A DNA stretch of 33,217 bases from Octopus bimaculoides. Lineage: Eukaryota. The position numbers were made by a program, and so were the translations under genes. The stretch is from assembly GCF_001194135.2 (NCBI RefSeq), contig NC_068984.1:102843143-102876359 (forward strand). The letters run 5' to 3'. The notes beneath the pieces were generated by a model. That model was not told the DNA's origin and did no database searches. It saw nothing but the letters and a program-made list of their open reading frames with translations. This document shows positions 13,560-24,093 of this stretch, piece by piece. Every line of letters begins with the position of its first letter. Within the stretch, counting starts at the first letter, position 1.

Positions 13560-13870
13560 TCTGATGTCCAATGAGTAGAACCTCCTGGAGTGAGAACTCC
13601 AGGAATATCAATTCATTTACTCACTCTGTTTCTCACTCTCTGTTTTTCACCTCTCTCTCCACTTATCAACCACATATCAATAACTTCGTGTTACATAGCT
13701 TCTAATAAAATTCGGAAGTCAGTCTTCTTTATGACTAAGTCAATGGATGAATCTTAGAAGAATGGATGAATCTTATCCCACCATCACCATTGTGCATTTC
13801 CTATGACCCAAACTGTTAACATTTAAGGGCTCCGTCCACCCAACTGCAAATTAGAAACGGTATACTGTAA
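13560..13870 (+). mobile_element. Possible ancient LINE (CR1/Jockey-like) RT C-terminal remnant
   Basis: Weak translated patches: TPGISI (cf. ILGVS), ASNKIRK (cf. ASKKLG), LTFKGSVHPT (cf. LYKAQVRP), broken by indels. Confidence 0.3.
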
Positions 13871-14244
13871 GCAGCGAAAGCATTGTGTTAAAAACAATTG
13901 ACTTAATCTAGCAGTATAGATCAGAAGACAGTAACGAGAATTTTTCAAAGTTCAGTATATTTTATTAAGGTCACTAGGTATAGTCTTTGATTCAGTCTGG
14001 GTTCTCGTAATACCCATAGCTTCAAAATATTGATACCTAGTTTGTGTGTGTATGGTGCATTCCTTTCTACTCATGCTAAACTGATATTTGCACAGATTAT
14101 GAATGTTTTCCGATAACCTTTACTGTACAGAAAACTTTGTCAATTTGAGTTCACAGTTCAATTCACACCGGAATAAAATTCACCATTTATATACACCGTA
14201 AATTAATTAAATAAAGTCAGTATGAATAATATATTAATATCGAA

Positions 14245-14373
14245 CAAAAATTCTCAGCAGCTTTTCTTCCGACTTTACCTTTCATCTTTTTGGAGTGGAT
14301 AAAATAAGTGTCAGTCGAGTTACCCCTCCATAACATTACTGGCTTTCTACCAAAATTTACAACCTATATCGAT
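14245..14373 (+). mobile_element. SINE family B, truncated and deleted copy
   Basis: CCGACTTTACCTTTCATCTTTTTGGAGTGGATAAAATAAGT...ACTGGCTTTCTACCAAAATTT matches the family B body and tail. Confidence 0.6.
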
Positions 14374-17300
14374 TAATGTAAAACAGTAGCTAAACTGCAA
14401 AATATATTTTCACAATAGTTTGTACTTAACCGATAGTTAAAAATATATTGACTGTGAACTTTATCACTGCTTACATACTGGAACTTTTAATTTTATGTGT
14501 AGTACTGTATAAATTAGTATGATATGTTACAATGTGATACTGCATAAAATATCAGCAATTTATTAGGATAAATATAATTTCACAAGAATTTAATAGAAAA
14601 ATTTATCATTAAGAAAATCTTATGATAAAGTGAAAACTGTTAGTGGGGGAAAGTGTCAAGGCTATGGAGGCAAAAAATGATTAATAAAATTATAACTAGC
14701 TTGAGGAAAGTAAAACGAAGAAAACATACGATGAAAAGTTAATAAATAGCCTAAAACTTTTATTGATTGGATTTACTCAGTTATGACCAGAAGGTAATTG
14801 GCTTTTTTCATTGCTTCCAAGTTAAATAACTCAAGTAGAATGTTTCGATTCTGTAAAAATCTACAAATAAAATTTGATTTTCTTCAGAAGATAGAATTAA
14901 AATGTGATATAGTTATTTCTCTACTTCTGTGTATAGCGTGTATGTGTTTGAGGTCATTTCATGTCGCAGCTAATGTGTAATTATCCTAAAATTCGCCTTA
15001 GGTATTATCACTTTTTACTGAAGCACTGAAAACTGAAATTGAGTCTCTCCGCTTCAACACGAGATTCCTTTATTCCTTTTTTCATATGCTCTTTCTTTCT
15101 TGTGCTTTTCATTGAATATCTTTTGAAGAGTGCGTCATTCTCAGCTCCTGAGAGGAATTAATCACCAACCTCGTATACATACATATATATATANNNNNNN
15201 NNNNNNNNNNNNNNNNNNNNNNNNNNNNNNNNNNNNNNNNNNNNNNNNNNNNNNNNNNNNNNNNNNNNNNNNNNNNNNNNNNNNNNNNNNNNNNNNNNNN
15301 NNNNNNNNNNNNNNNNNNNNNNNNNNNNNNNNNNNNNNNNNNNNNNNNNNNNNNNNNNNNNNNNNNNNNNNNNNNNNNNNNNNNNNNNNNNNNNNNNNNN
15401 NNNNNNNNNNNNNNNNNNNNNNNNNNNNNNNNNNNNNNNNNNNNNNNNNNNNNNNNNNNNNNNNNNNNNNNNNNNNNNNNNNNNNNNNNNNNNNNNNNNN
15501 NNNNNNNNNNNNNGAGAGAGAGAGAGAGAGAGAGAGAGAGAGGCAGGCAGACAGATAGACAGAAAGTTTTATAAAGAGCAAACCTACAAAAGATATTGTG
15601 CCTTTGTCTTGTATTGAAGACAAAATGAGACGTGTAGCCCTTATCTTCCACAATAGTCAAAGACAGAATAAGCATTTGTGGCACGTTTTAACGTTTCTAT
15701 ATTAATACTTTGTTTATATTATTCTAGAATATGCTATCTAAAAGATTAATTCCACATTGCCGCTTTGTATGTTTTATAATTCTTTCATGTAATGCACAAG
15801 GTTTGAAATGGCTTAAGGTTAGAGTTCATTTGATACTTGAAAAGTCATTTTCAACACCTTCCTTGTGTTGAACAGATCTTTCTTCAAGTCCACAAGAGAA
15901 GGTAAAATCTTTATGTCCTCCGCATTTGTAATCTCTTTGAGAGTATTGTAATTGTTTCCAAACACTGTGGCGATTCGAAAACTAACTAGACATCACGCTG
16001 TCACTATAAAAGTGAGAAGGATTCTAAACTTGTTTGAAACCTCGTTTGATGCACTTACAAAGTCATCACCAATGAATTATCACCCCGAGAATGTCAACAA
16101 CTGGTCATAATATTAGACAATTGGTATGACATCACAATAACTTGGGCTGGCCTTTGTTTTAGTTCCTTGTTTATTTTTCTGGCGCCAAGTAGCAAGTTGG
16201 TAGCTTCATTTTATGAAGCTCACATTCTGAGAAACCTTGGAAGCTGGTTCACAGCAACACAACATTTTACCTGTTTTGTAAACTAATATTTGTTTAGAAG
16301 AAAAATCCAAAGATGATATTTTTAGTTTAGGGAACCAGCTTTCCCGTTTTTAATATTTATGACTACGCCGCCATTCAGATATGATGAATCTTCTAATTGA
16401 TTATTAGCAGGAGTATCTGTTTTGAAAACTCGTTTCCTGACATAAGCCTCAACGTTGATATGGCTCCTCTTCTCTTGGAACCCGAGGTTAAATAATTCCT
16501 ATATATCTGAAGCTAATTTCACTCTTTTACTGCAGCCATTTTGAATTGCCATGTTTCTCTATGTTTTATATAATTGAAAATACACTCGGGATATCTGCTT
16601 CATCGCTGAATATTCTCATATATATAAAAAAAATTAATAGTTTTTCTCTTTCGGTAGTTCATTGGTCTTTAGGATGACTGTACGCCTACATTGAGAACAG
16701 TGCAACAAAGCCAGATTTTCCTGTTGTATAATGATGTAAGATCGGGCTACTATGGACTATGAAGTTTTTACAAAGTATTAACAAATGTGTTCCACTCTCT
16801 TCTATATTGGATGATAAATTATTGTTTAGTGCATTGAGGTGCTTTCGAAATGTTTTCTGTGGATATTTCCCAAGAGTTTCAAGACTTTGTTTCTCATACC
16901 AACATATTAGGCCTATGCTTTTAAATCAGTTAGTGAGTTCTTAGAACGGAATAGAAAAAGAGCTATGTTTACATTTGAGAGAAAAAATGGTTTTCACAGA
17001 GGTTTTTCCAGTGAATTGATTTTAGCGAGTGTCGAACATGTTAGATTACGCATTCCGCATATATCGGAAATACGTTAAAGTTAACTCGTGTATAGCCATT
17101 TTAAAAGACAAATATTTGCTCAAAGTTTATTCACACGGTGAATTTTGTAACCCTTGAGTATACAGTGGCAGCACTTTGTCTTCATATACTTAAAGAAAAT
17201 CAACTTTATAAATCTTAAACTTATGGGAAAAGTTGAACTCAATTACTCAACAAAACACAAGTCAATACTATTACAGTTGTCACTAAGAGTGTTAAGTTAC

Positions 17301-17914
17301 TCCTTCCAAATTTTCAAGCAGGCTGGTATATGGCTACAAAGAATCTCTACTATAGACTCAATGTCTTGGCGTTCGTACATTTTGTTTTGTTTCCATTATT
17401 TCTCCATTAATTTTTAGGTATTGGAAGTGTTTGCTAGGGTAAGAGCGGGTGCCCGGCTTGTATGTTTCTAAAGATAGAGATGACGAGGGAGAAAGAGTGA
17501 GAGAGCAAGAGGGTGAGAGAGGGACGGAGAGAGGGAAAGAGGATGAGAGAGAGACAGAGAAAGATTGAAGGCTTTGTCGAGGATACGGACTGGCTCCTGT
17601 GTGCAATGTTTCAGTACAATTCTCTTGACTGCTTGTCCGATAGCTTGTAAACTAGAACTGTATATACGTTAGCAATATAGCAGTAACATTCTGGTTCAAG
17701 TTAAATTTACTGTACTGGTTTTATTAATATATGAATTGGTTTTGAGTGCAAACTGATATTATTCAATCATTTCTGCATTGAGATATTCAGTTTCAGAATT
17801 TAATTTCTATTTCAGTATGGTTTCAAAGTGAAGACTGATTCAATGTTAACAGAAGTAATATCCTCCACAATCGCAAAAGCAACCAGTGCTATCAATATTA
17901 AAATTTAAACTACA

Positions 17915-18175
17915 ATGATCATCAACACTGTCATCATCATCGTTATCCTCCTCCTCATCATCATCATCGTCATCATCATCATTATCACCATCGCCGCCAC
18001 CACCACTACATCTTGCTTTCGTGGTGTAACGATATTTCATATCTCATTCATCCTCACTAATCCTCATCTCATTATCACTCCATCTATCACTATGCTCACT
18101 GCCATCAATCACAACTACTTATACTGCCACTAATCACCACTCCTCTGCTATCACCATCGCCACAGTCATCATTAG
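17915..18175. repeat. Degenerate (CAT)/(CAC)/(CTC) trinucleotide low-complexity tract
   Basis: Seen directly; gives poly-D/poly-I ORFs. Confidence 0.85.
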
Positions 18176-19184
18176 TAAATTTTGCTCATTGATTGACTGA
18201 AAAGTATTCTGTTCTGAAACCATCTGTTCCATAATCATATAACATGGATTATGTATTTCAAATTTTGTATTTCACAAGATAGAGCTTAATCGGCGTGATT
18301 CTGGAGAACTGCATGTCGTTGACAGATTTCAAAAAAATTAACACTGAGTGACTAAATGAAATTAATGTCTCATTGAAATAACTTAAATTTAATTAATTCA
18401 GCTCAATGTTTATTTCTCAGTTAGGGAAATAAAGTCGTTAACCTCACTAGTTTTTTTCTAACATTTCTTTTTTCCCTTCTATTCTTCCCTTTGCTAATTT
18501 TCTTCTGTCAAAAAGGTCAGCAACTTCCTTGAAGCGTTCTGTTCTTTGCAAAAAGGCGAAGAATTTCCATTTGATTCTATTTTTATTTCTTTGAAAAACA
18601 TTTTTAAATCCATCCCGATGTCTCATAATCTCATGTGAATAAGGAGCGTTTAAATGGGCAAGGTGATAGCATACAAGACAACCAATAGAACTCAGAAGAA
18701 AGACTGCTAAGTTTTTTATCTGTCGCACTAACGATTTGCCTTCATAATCTTTTCCATATTCTTCATATCATGTCTCTATCAAGAAGCTGTGTCCGTGATC
18801 AATTTGTTATCCGTTGAGCAAGCTTAGTTCAAAATTGGTACTGTATGATGGTGTAACCCCACCTTCCACCTGCTGTAAATAATTAACGATTTTTTTTATC
18901 GTATTCTGTTGATCTCAACATATTACCCAGTGATAAACTGATATGCTCTCCAGGAAAGATATATATTACATCCGCTTAATGTAGCAAACCGGACATAAGC
19001 GTCATATGAACGGTACAGTTGGTTGAATCATTATCATTACTTTAAAACAGGGAATAAACGAAGCAGTTTCACAGAACCGATGTACTAGAAACTTGCGATA
19101 GATTGCGTGATTTTATTAATTGAATAGTTGAACTGTACCGTTGATTATCCGGTCCCACAAAATCATCGAAATCGATGTTATTCA

Positions 19185-19510
19185 GACATGGGTGTGTGGT
19201 AAGACGCTTACTTTCCAACCATATGGTTGCGGATTCGATCCCACTGTGTGGCAGTTTGAGCAAGTGTCATCAACTATAATCCCGGGCAGACCAAAGCCTT
19301 GTGAGTGAATTTCATAGATGAAAACTGAATATGTGTGTGTGTGTGTGTGTGTTTGACAATCGGTGTTGGTTTGTTTACCTCTCCATAACTTAGCCGTTCG
19401 GCAAAAGACACCGATATAATAAGTACCACGCTTCAGAAAATAAGTACTGGGATCGATTTGTTCGATTTAACCCTTCAAAGTTAGTGCGGTATAATGACTG
19501 AAAAAAACAA
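19185..19510 (+). mobile_element. SINE family A, diverged full-length copy
   Basis: GTGTGTGGTAAGACGCTTACTTTCCAACCATATGGTTGCGGATTCGATCCCACTG...CCAAAGCCTTGTGAGTG...(TG)n...CGTTCGGCAAAAGACACCGATATAATAAGTAC...ATGACTGAAA. Confidence 0.83.
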
Positions 19511-19958
19511 AATATATAAAATTTAACATATTTATCAATTTAGTTATGTTACTGTATGAGTTGATCATAAATATCACTAACTTGTACTGCACTGGAGCAA
19601 AATGTGGTTTCAATAAAGGTAATTTTTTTTTAAATTGTTGTTCTAATGCAATTAAGTTATATAATTATTTTTAGAATATGACAAAAATGTTCTTCCTTTG
19701 ATGTTTTTGATGGTTACTACGCTGTGTTTGAAAGTATTGTTTAAATGGTAAAAACTCAGAAGTAAAAGAAAATGAGGCTTGAATTCCATAATTATAAGGG
19801 AAATCCAAATAATATAGTTAATATTCAACTCTTAAATATAATTCTTTAAAAATGAGTAATATTTACATTTATATGTGGCTGTTTGAGTTACTTTTATTTT
19901 CATAGTATGACTAATTCAGATAATGTATTTAAGACAGTAAAATACAAGTCAACTGTTA

Positions 19959-20211
19959 ATACAGTTCTATATTTAAGAGATGAGGAATTATGTACATTAT
20001 TTACATTATTTACATCATTTACATTTGACGGATATTTGTCCTCATCTTGTTTGTTGTTAACACATTACGGCTGATATATCCTCCAGCCTTCATCAGGTGT
20101 CTTGGGGAAATTTCGAACCTAAGGTATTTTTCGATGTTATTATTATTATTGTTGTTGTTGTTGTTGCTATTAGTATTATTATTATTATTATTATTATTAT
20201 TCAAGTCACTG
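19959..20211 (-). mobile_element. SINE-like family D, left copy (minus strand; head runs into the gap)
   Basis: Reverse complement CAGTGACTTG-(AAT/AAC)n-CATCGAAAAATACCTTAGGTTCGAAATTTCCCCAAGACACCTGATGAAGGCTGGAGGATATATCAGCCGTAATGTGTTAACAACAAACAAGATGAGG..., homologous to 20347-20559. Confidence 0.85.
20059..20101 (-). ncRNA. Decayed second copy of the hammerhead motif
   Basis: GACAC-CTGATGA-A-GGCTG-GAGGATATAT-CAGCC-GTAAT-GTGTT: helix I and a perfect helix II are intact, but the GAAA/helix III core is damaged. Confidence 0.55.
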
Positions 20212-20274
20212 NNNNNNNNNNNNNNNNNNNNNNNNNNNNNNNNNNNNNNNNNNNNNNNNNNNNNNNNNNNNNNN

Positions 20275-20352
20275 ACGTCACGGGTATATGGCGTAGTCGT
20301 TAAGAGCGCGGGCTATTAACCCCAAGATTCCAAGTTCGATTCTAGGCAGTGA

Positions 20353-20411
<59 letters not shown>

Positions 20412-20559
20412 TCGAAAAATACCTTAGGAATGAGAAACCAGGTTCGAAATTTCCCCAAGACACCTGATGAAGGCTGGAGGGTATATCAACCGAAATGTTG
20501 TGTTAACAACAAACAAGATGAGGACAAATATCCGTCAAATGTAAATAATGTAAATAATA
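20275..20559 (+). mobile_element. SINE-like family D, right copy: tRNA-like head, (AAT)n, hammerhead-bearing tail
   Basis: Head with A-box-like TGGCGTAGTCGTTA, anticodon-like arm GGG-CTATTAA-CCC and B box GTTCGATTC; (AAT)n at about 20357-20409; body nearly identical to the left copy. Confidence 0.85.
20459..20504 (+). ncRNA. Minimal type I hammerhead ribozyme motif (Penelope-type)
   Basis: GACAC (helix I 5') - CTGATGA - A - GGCTG/GAGGGTATAT/CAACC (helix II, one mismatch) - GAAA - TG - T - T - GTGTT (helix I 3', pairs with GACAC). Deviations: extra A after CUGAUGA, a C-A mismatch in helix II, and loop 3 ATGT rather than palindromic ACGT. Confidence 0.7.
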
Positions 20560-20823
20560 AAGTCAACTGTTATCTCTATATTTTTATGGACATCATAATA
20601 ATTTGCTGATTATCAATGTTTTAACAGCCTTAAAACAGGCTTCATTGTGTATTTATCTGATATTCTATGACTATTTACCTGTTGGCCCGAGAATATTTTC
20701 TTCAACTAGATATTTTTTGCATGTGTGTGTGTATAATTGTCAATTCTAGTAAATTATTCCATATGCGTAAAGCAGATTGTTAATTTGGTGCTACACTTTT
20801 ATGAAGTCAAGTAGTTCGTATTT

Positions 20824-20945
20824 AGATGACAATTGGTATATATGTTTGTCACAAACAGTACCTTATCTGATGACAATGTATTACATAATTTGATGACAAA
20901 TGGTACATATTTTGATGAAAAATTGTACATGTCTTGATGACGCCC
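20824..20945. repeat. Degenerate ~22-bp minisatellite, 5-6 units
   Basis: TGATGA(C/A) recurs at 20868, 20891, 20913 and 20935, with AGATGAC at 20824; three of the four intervals are 22 or 44 bp and one is 23 bp. Approximate consensus TGATGACAAATGGTACATATTT. Confidence 0.65.
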
Positions 20946-21604
20946 CTTTTGACCACAAATAACGCATAATGCATTTGATCACTAACACCACATGCTTTGA
21001 TAACAGAGTAGCGCATATTTAAGGATACGGTGATATATATTTTGTACTCCAGGTTACGTGACTTGTTTTGGAGAAATATACTCCATATCAATATACCAAT
21101 ATTAATTACCATATCATCGTCCACTAATTAGTTTACCTAGCTTTAGGAAAAATGAGTATCAGGTCATCAATTAACCTGCATTTGACGAGAATAGATCCAG
21201 AAAAGTCTGGTTCATCAGCAGACCACAGTCAACCAAGCTGTCAAGTAAAGAAACCTGTTCAATCTGATTCAACATAAAGTCACTGTCTACAAACCAGCTC
21301 GCCTGTTTCAAGAGCAGATTCAAGAACACCGCGGATCAGTATCCCGCTATAATCCAGCAATCAGGTCACCGGATGTCCCTGATTTTGATTGCAATCTCTG
21401 AGTAATATATGGTGTGTAAGTGAGAGGAGCGGAACGTGCGTGTGTGTGTGTGTGTGTGTGCGCGTGAGTACTTGTGTGTAGAACATTGAAGATAGGAATC
21501 ACATTGAAGATATGAATCACAAGATAACCACCGCCAAATGGATATCATTTTTAGTTAAACAGTATTAAGTTATAAATTAAGTTATAAATGTTTTAAACAT
21601 TTTT

Positions 21605-21725
21605 TTTATTGATTTCAGTCATTTGACTCTGACTATACTGGGTCATCATTTTCAAGTGTTTAGTTATCAGCAAATTAGTTGTATTAATATATAGCTCTGT
21701 ACTTTATTTGGAAGTCTCTTTACCA
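21605..21725 (-). mobile_element. Decayed SINE family A tail fragment
   Basis: TTTCAGTCATTTGACT...ATACTGG matches the family A tail at 1973-2000. Confidence 0.45.
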
Positions 21726-22578
21726 ATCAAACTGAGACGTTGATGACTAGTTTTTTTATTAGTTATTTCATTTGAAATACACAAGTAATTCCATTACAAA
21801 CAAAGCAGGAACTTCACAAATCTAATTTTTTCTCTTATAAAAAGATAAAGCTGTGTATATTGTCCCTCTCCCTTAAAAGGACTCCATATTATAAATAATT
21901 AAGGTGTAGATCTCGAGAGAAATTTGGTCAATGAAAACTGCATGGAAGCACAAGGGTTTGGGATGTATCCTTCGATCTGAATAGTATACTTAATTCATCG
22001 TCCAGCTTAACATCACTATCTATCTTTTTTCAAGGCTTTAATGGTATGCACACTTCAAAAACTGTATCGCGTTTGGTGTTTTATGTTTACATCATTTACT
22101 TTTAAAAAGTACTGACTATGTGAAGTGATATTTCATCAAAATGTTATTGCCTATGGACATTTCCTCTGTATAATGTATACGATACGTAGTTTTCGTTTTC
22201 TACGGAAAACCAAGGACGTTCAATATGAATCTTTGCAGCACTATTTATGAGGTAGAACAAGTATCTGTCAAAACTAAAGAATGCAATTAAGTGTGAGTGT
22301 ATCTGAAATAAGAAGAAATTGGTGAGTAATTGAATGCCTTTGTGTACTTCAATAGACTCTTCTTACTCGCAAAAGATTGAGTCAATATAACAAAATTTGA
22401 TTATTGCAATAGTAATTGCATTTAATTTAGGGTGGGTGCTGAACTCACTGCAGAAAGTAACGGTACTCGAAACGTTTATACGCTTTGTATTGCTGAGCTA
22501 AGATATTGCTACGATAATCATTCAACCGTGGATGGATACATGTAGCTAAAATTATGAGAAAAATTCAAGAGAGTGTAT

Positions 22579-23429
22579 GTTAGATTTTTTCACTTTCACC
22601 TTATTTCCTCCTTGTTTTGTTTTGCTTTGTCTAACGCTTATCATTGTTTTGCTGCCTATAAGTATAGAATGATCGAGAGACAACGAGCTGAAGAAAGTTC
22701 TCTTCATTCTGTACCCAGTTATATCTCATCTCCTGTATCACGAAATATCATTTTGGTATAAGACAATGACGACCAACTGTAGCCATTTCTCAAAACACTA
22801 TAAAGATAACGTGTTGAGAAATGGAACAAAAGAGCAGGAGAAACAGGAAATGAAAAGATAAGAAGACAAAGACAAGGAAAAGATAAAATCATAAACAAAA
22901 TACAACATATTGCGAGTCATATATTAAGTAATTCTTTTTCGGTTAATTATTTCCGGTTTAGCTCAGTCACGTGATTTTCGCCCCTACATATTTCGTGACT
23001 CGTTTTATCGTTTTCTCTGAATTTATTTATTTTATTTCATTTTATTGTTGTTTTTACTTTATTCTGATTCTTATTTTATTTTTATTTATTTATTTATTTA
23101 TTTATTGGTGAATCACCATTTTTCTCCAACCCCAAGTTTCTTTAGTTTCTTTCCATAAAAACTGATGTCACGATTTTCAATTTTTAAAATTTGTTCTGAT
23201 TTTATAATTAATCAGATTGGCACTTTCTTTTTTGAGAACATCTATTTTGATACTGTTATTGAAGCGGTTTTTGTTGTTGTTATTGTTGTTGTTGTTGTTT
23301 TTTTTGTTGTTGTTGTTGTTCCTACTGCTGTTGTTGTTACCATTGTTGTTAGATTCTTTCACTTTCACACAATTTCCTCCTTGTTTTGTTTTTGCTTTGT
23401 CTAACGTTTAACATTGTTTTGATGCATAT
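22579..23429 (+). repeat. Pair of ~81-bp direct repeats (22579-22659 and 23348-23429)
   Basis: Manual alignment gives 8 mismatches and 1 indel (about 89% identity); starts are 769 bp apart. Confidence 0.9.
23270..23347. repeat. (GTT)n microsatellite
   Basis: Seen directly. Confidence 0.9.
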
Positions 23430-24093
23430 CTCTTTATTATATTTATACATTTGCAAATCATGTCATTCCAAATTTATCCGAATTTGCTATTTTCTCATAA
23501 TCAATCATTTGCACTCAATTTATTTCTGCTTCTGAGGCTCTTGTTAAAAATTACTTGCATTTATTTTCCCGCAAGTGAATTTAATAGAACCCCGTGTACT
23601 TATATATGTATATAAATAACAGCTATTATCTCTATATATGTTTGCAGATAAATAAGTATAGGTTTGTTACTGAAAATATAAGCAACTTAATTAGTGGATA
23701 TAATTAAAGGAAGTGCGCCATCTGAAAATAGTGTAGCTTGATGAGTTGCCTTTGTACCGACCTACAATATAGAGAGAGGATTTACCAGCAGTAAGAACAG
23801 TGTCCATGAAAAACAAAGTTTAAACTCCCCATTATAGAATGTCAGGTACAGATGTATTAATATAACGAATTGATTTATTAGTTAGTTATGCTGTGTTCTA
23901 ATTGAGGAACTAAAATAAATAGTTTTTAGACTATTTAATTTTATGTAAATTCAAAGGTGATCCAGTGACACTACAAATGAAAAGTAACCAAATAGTTTTC
24001 TTTTGACTTTCTTTTCTTACAAAGATGTAATTTAAAATACTTGGTGAAATGAATATTAATGAGACTATTGGGATTTTTCATATAGTTAGAAAT

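Noticed and set aside
20275-20352. tRNA-like sequence (also the heads at 10698, 24410-24480 and 27463)
   Set aside because: Has A/B boxes, but the acceptor and anticodon stems do not pair canonically and it runs straight into SINE bodies; these are SINE heads, not tRNA genes.
20824-20945. CRISPR-like interpretation of the 22-bp array
   Set aside because: Units are contiguous with no unique spacers, the context is eukaryotic, and there are no cas genes.
21190-21220. Minus-strand CTGATGA-A-CCAGA/TCTGG hairpin
   Set aside because: Followed by ATCT rather than GAAA; no helix I.
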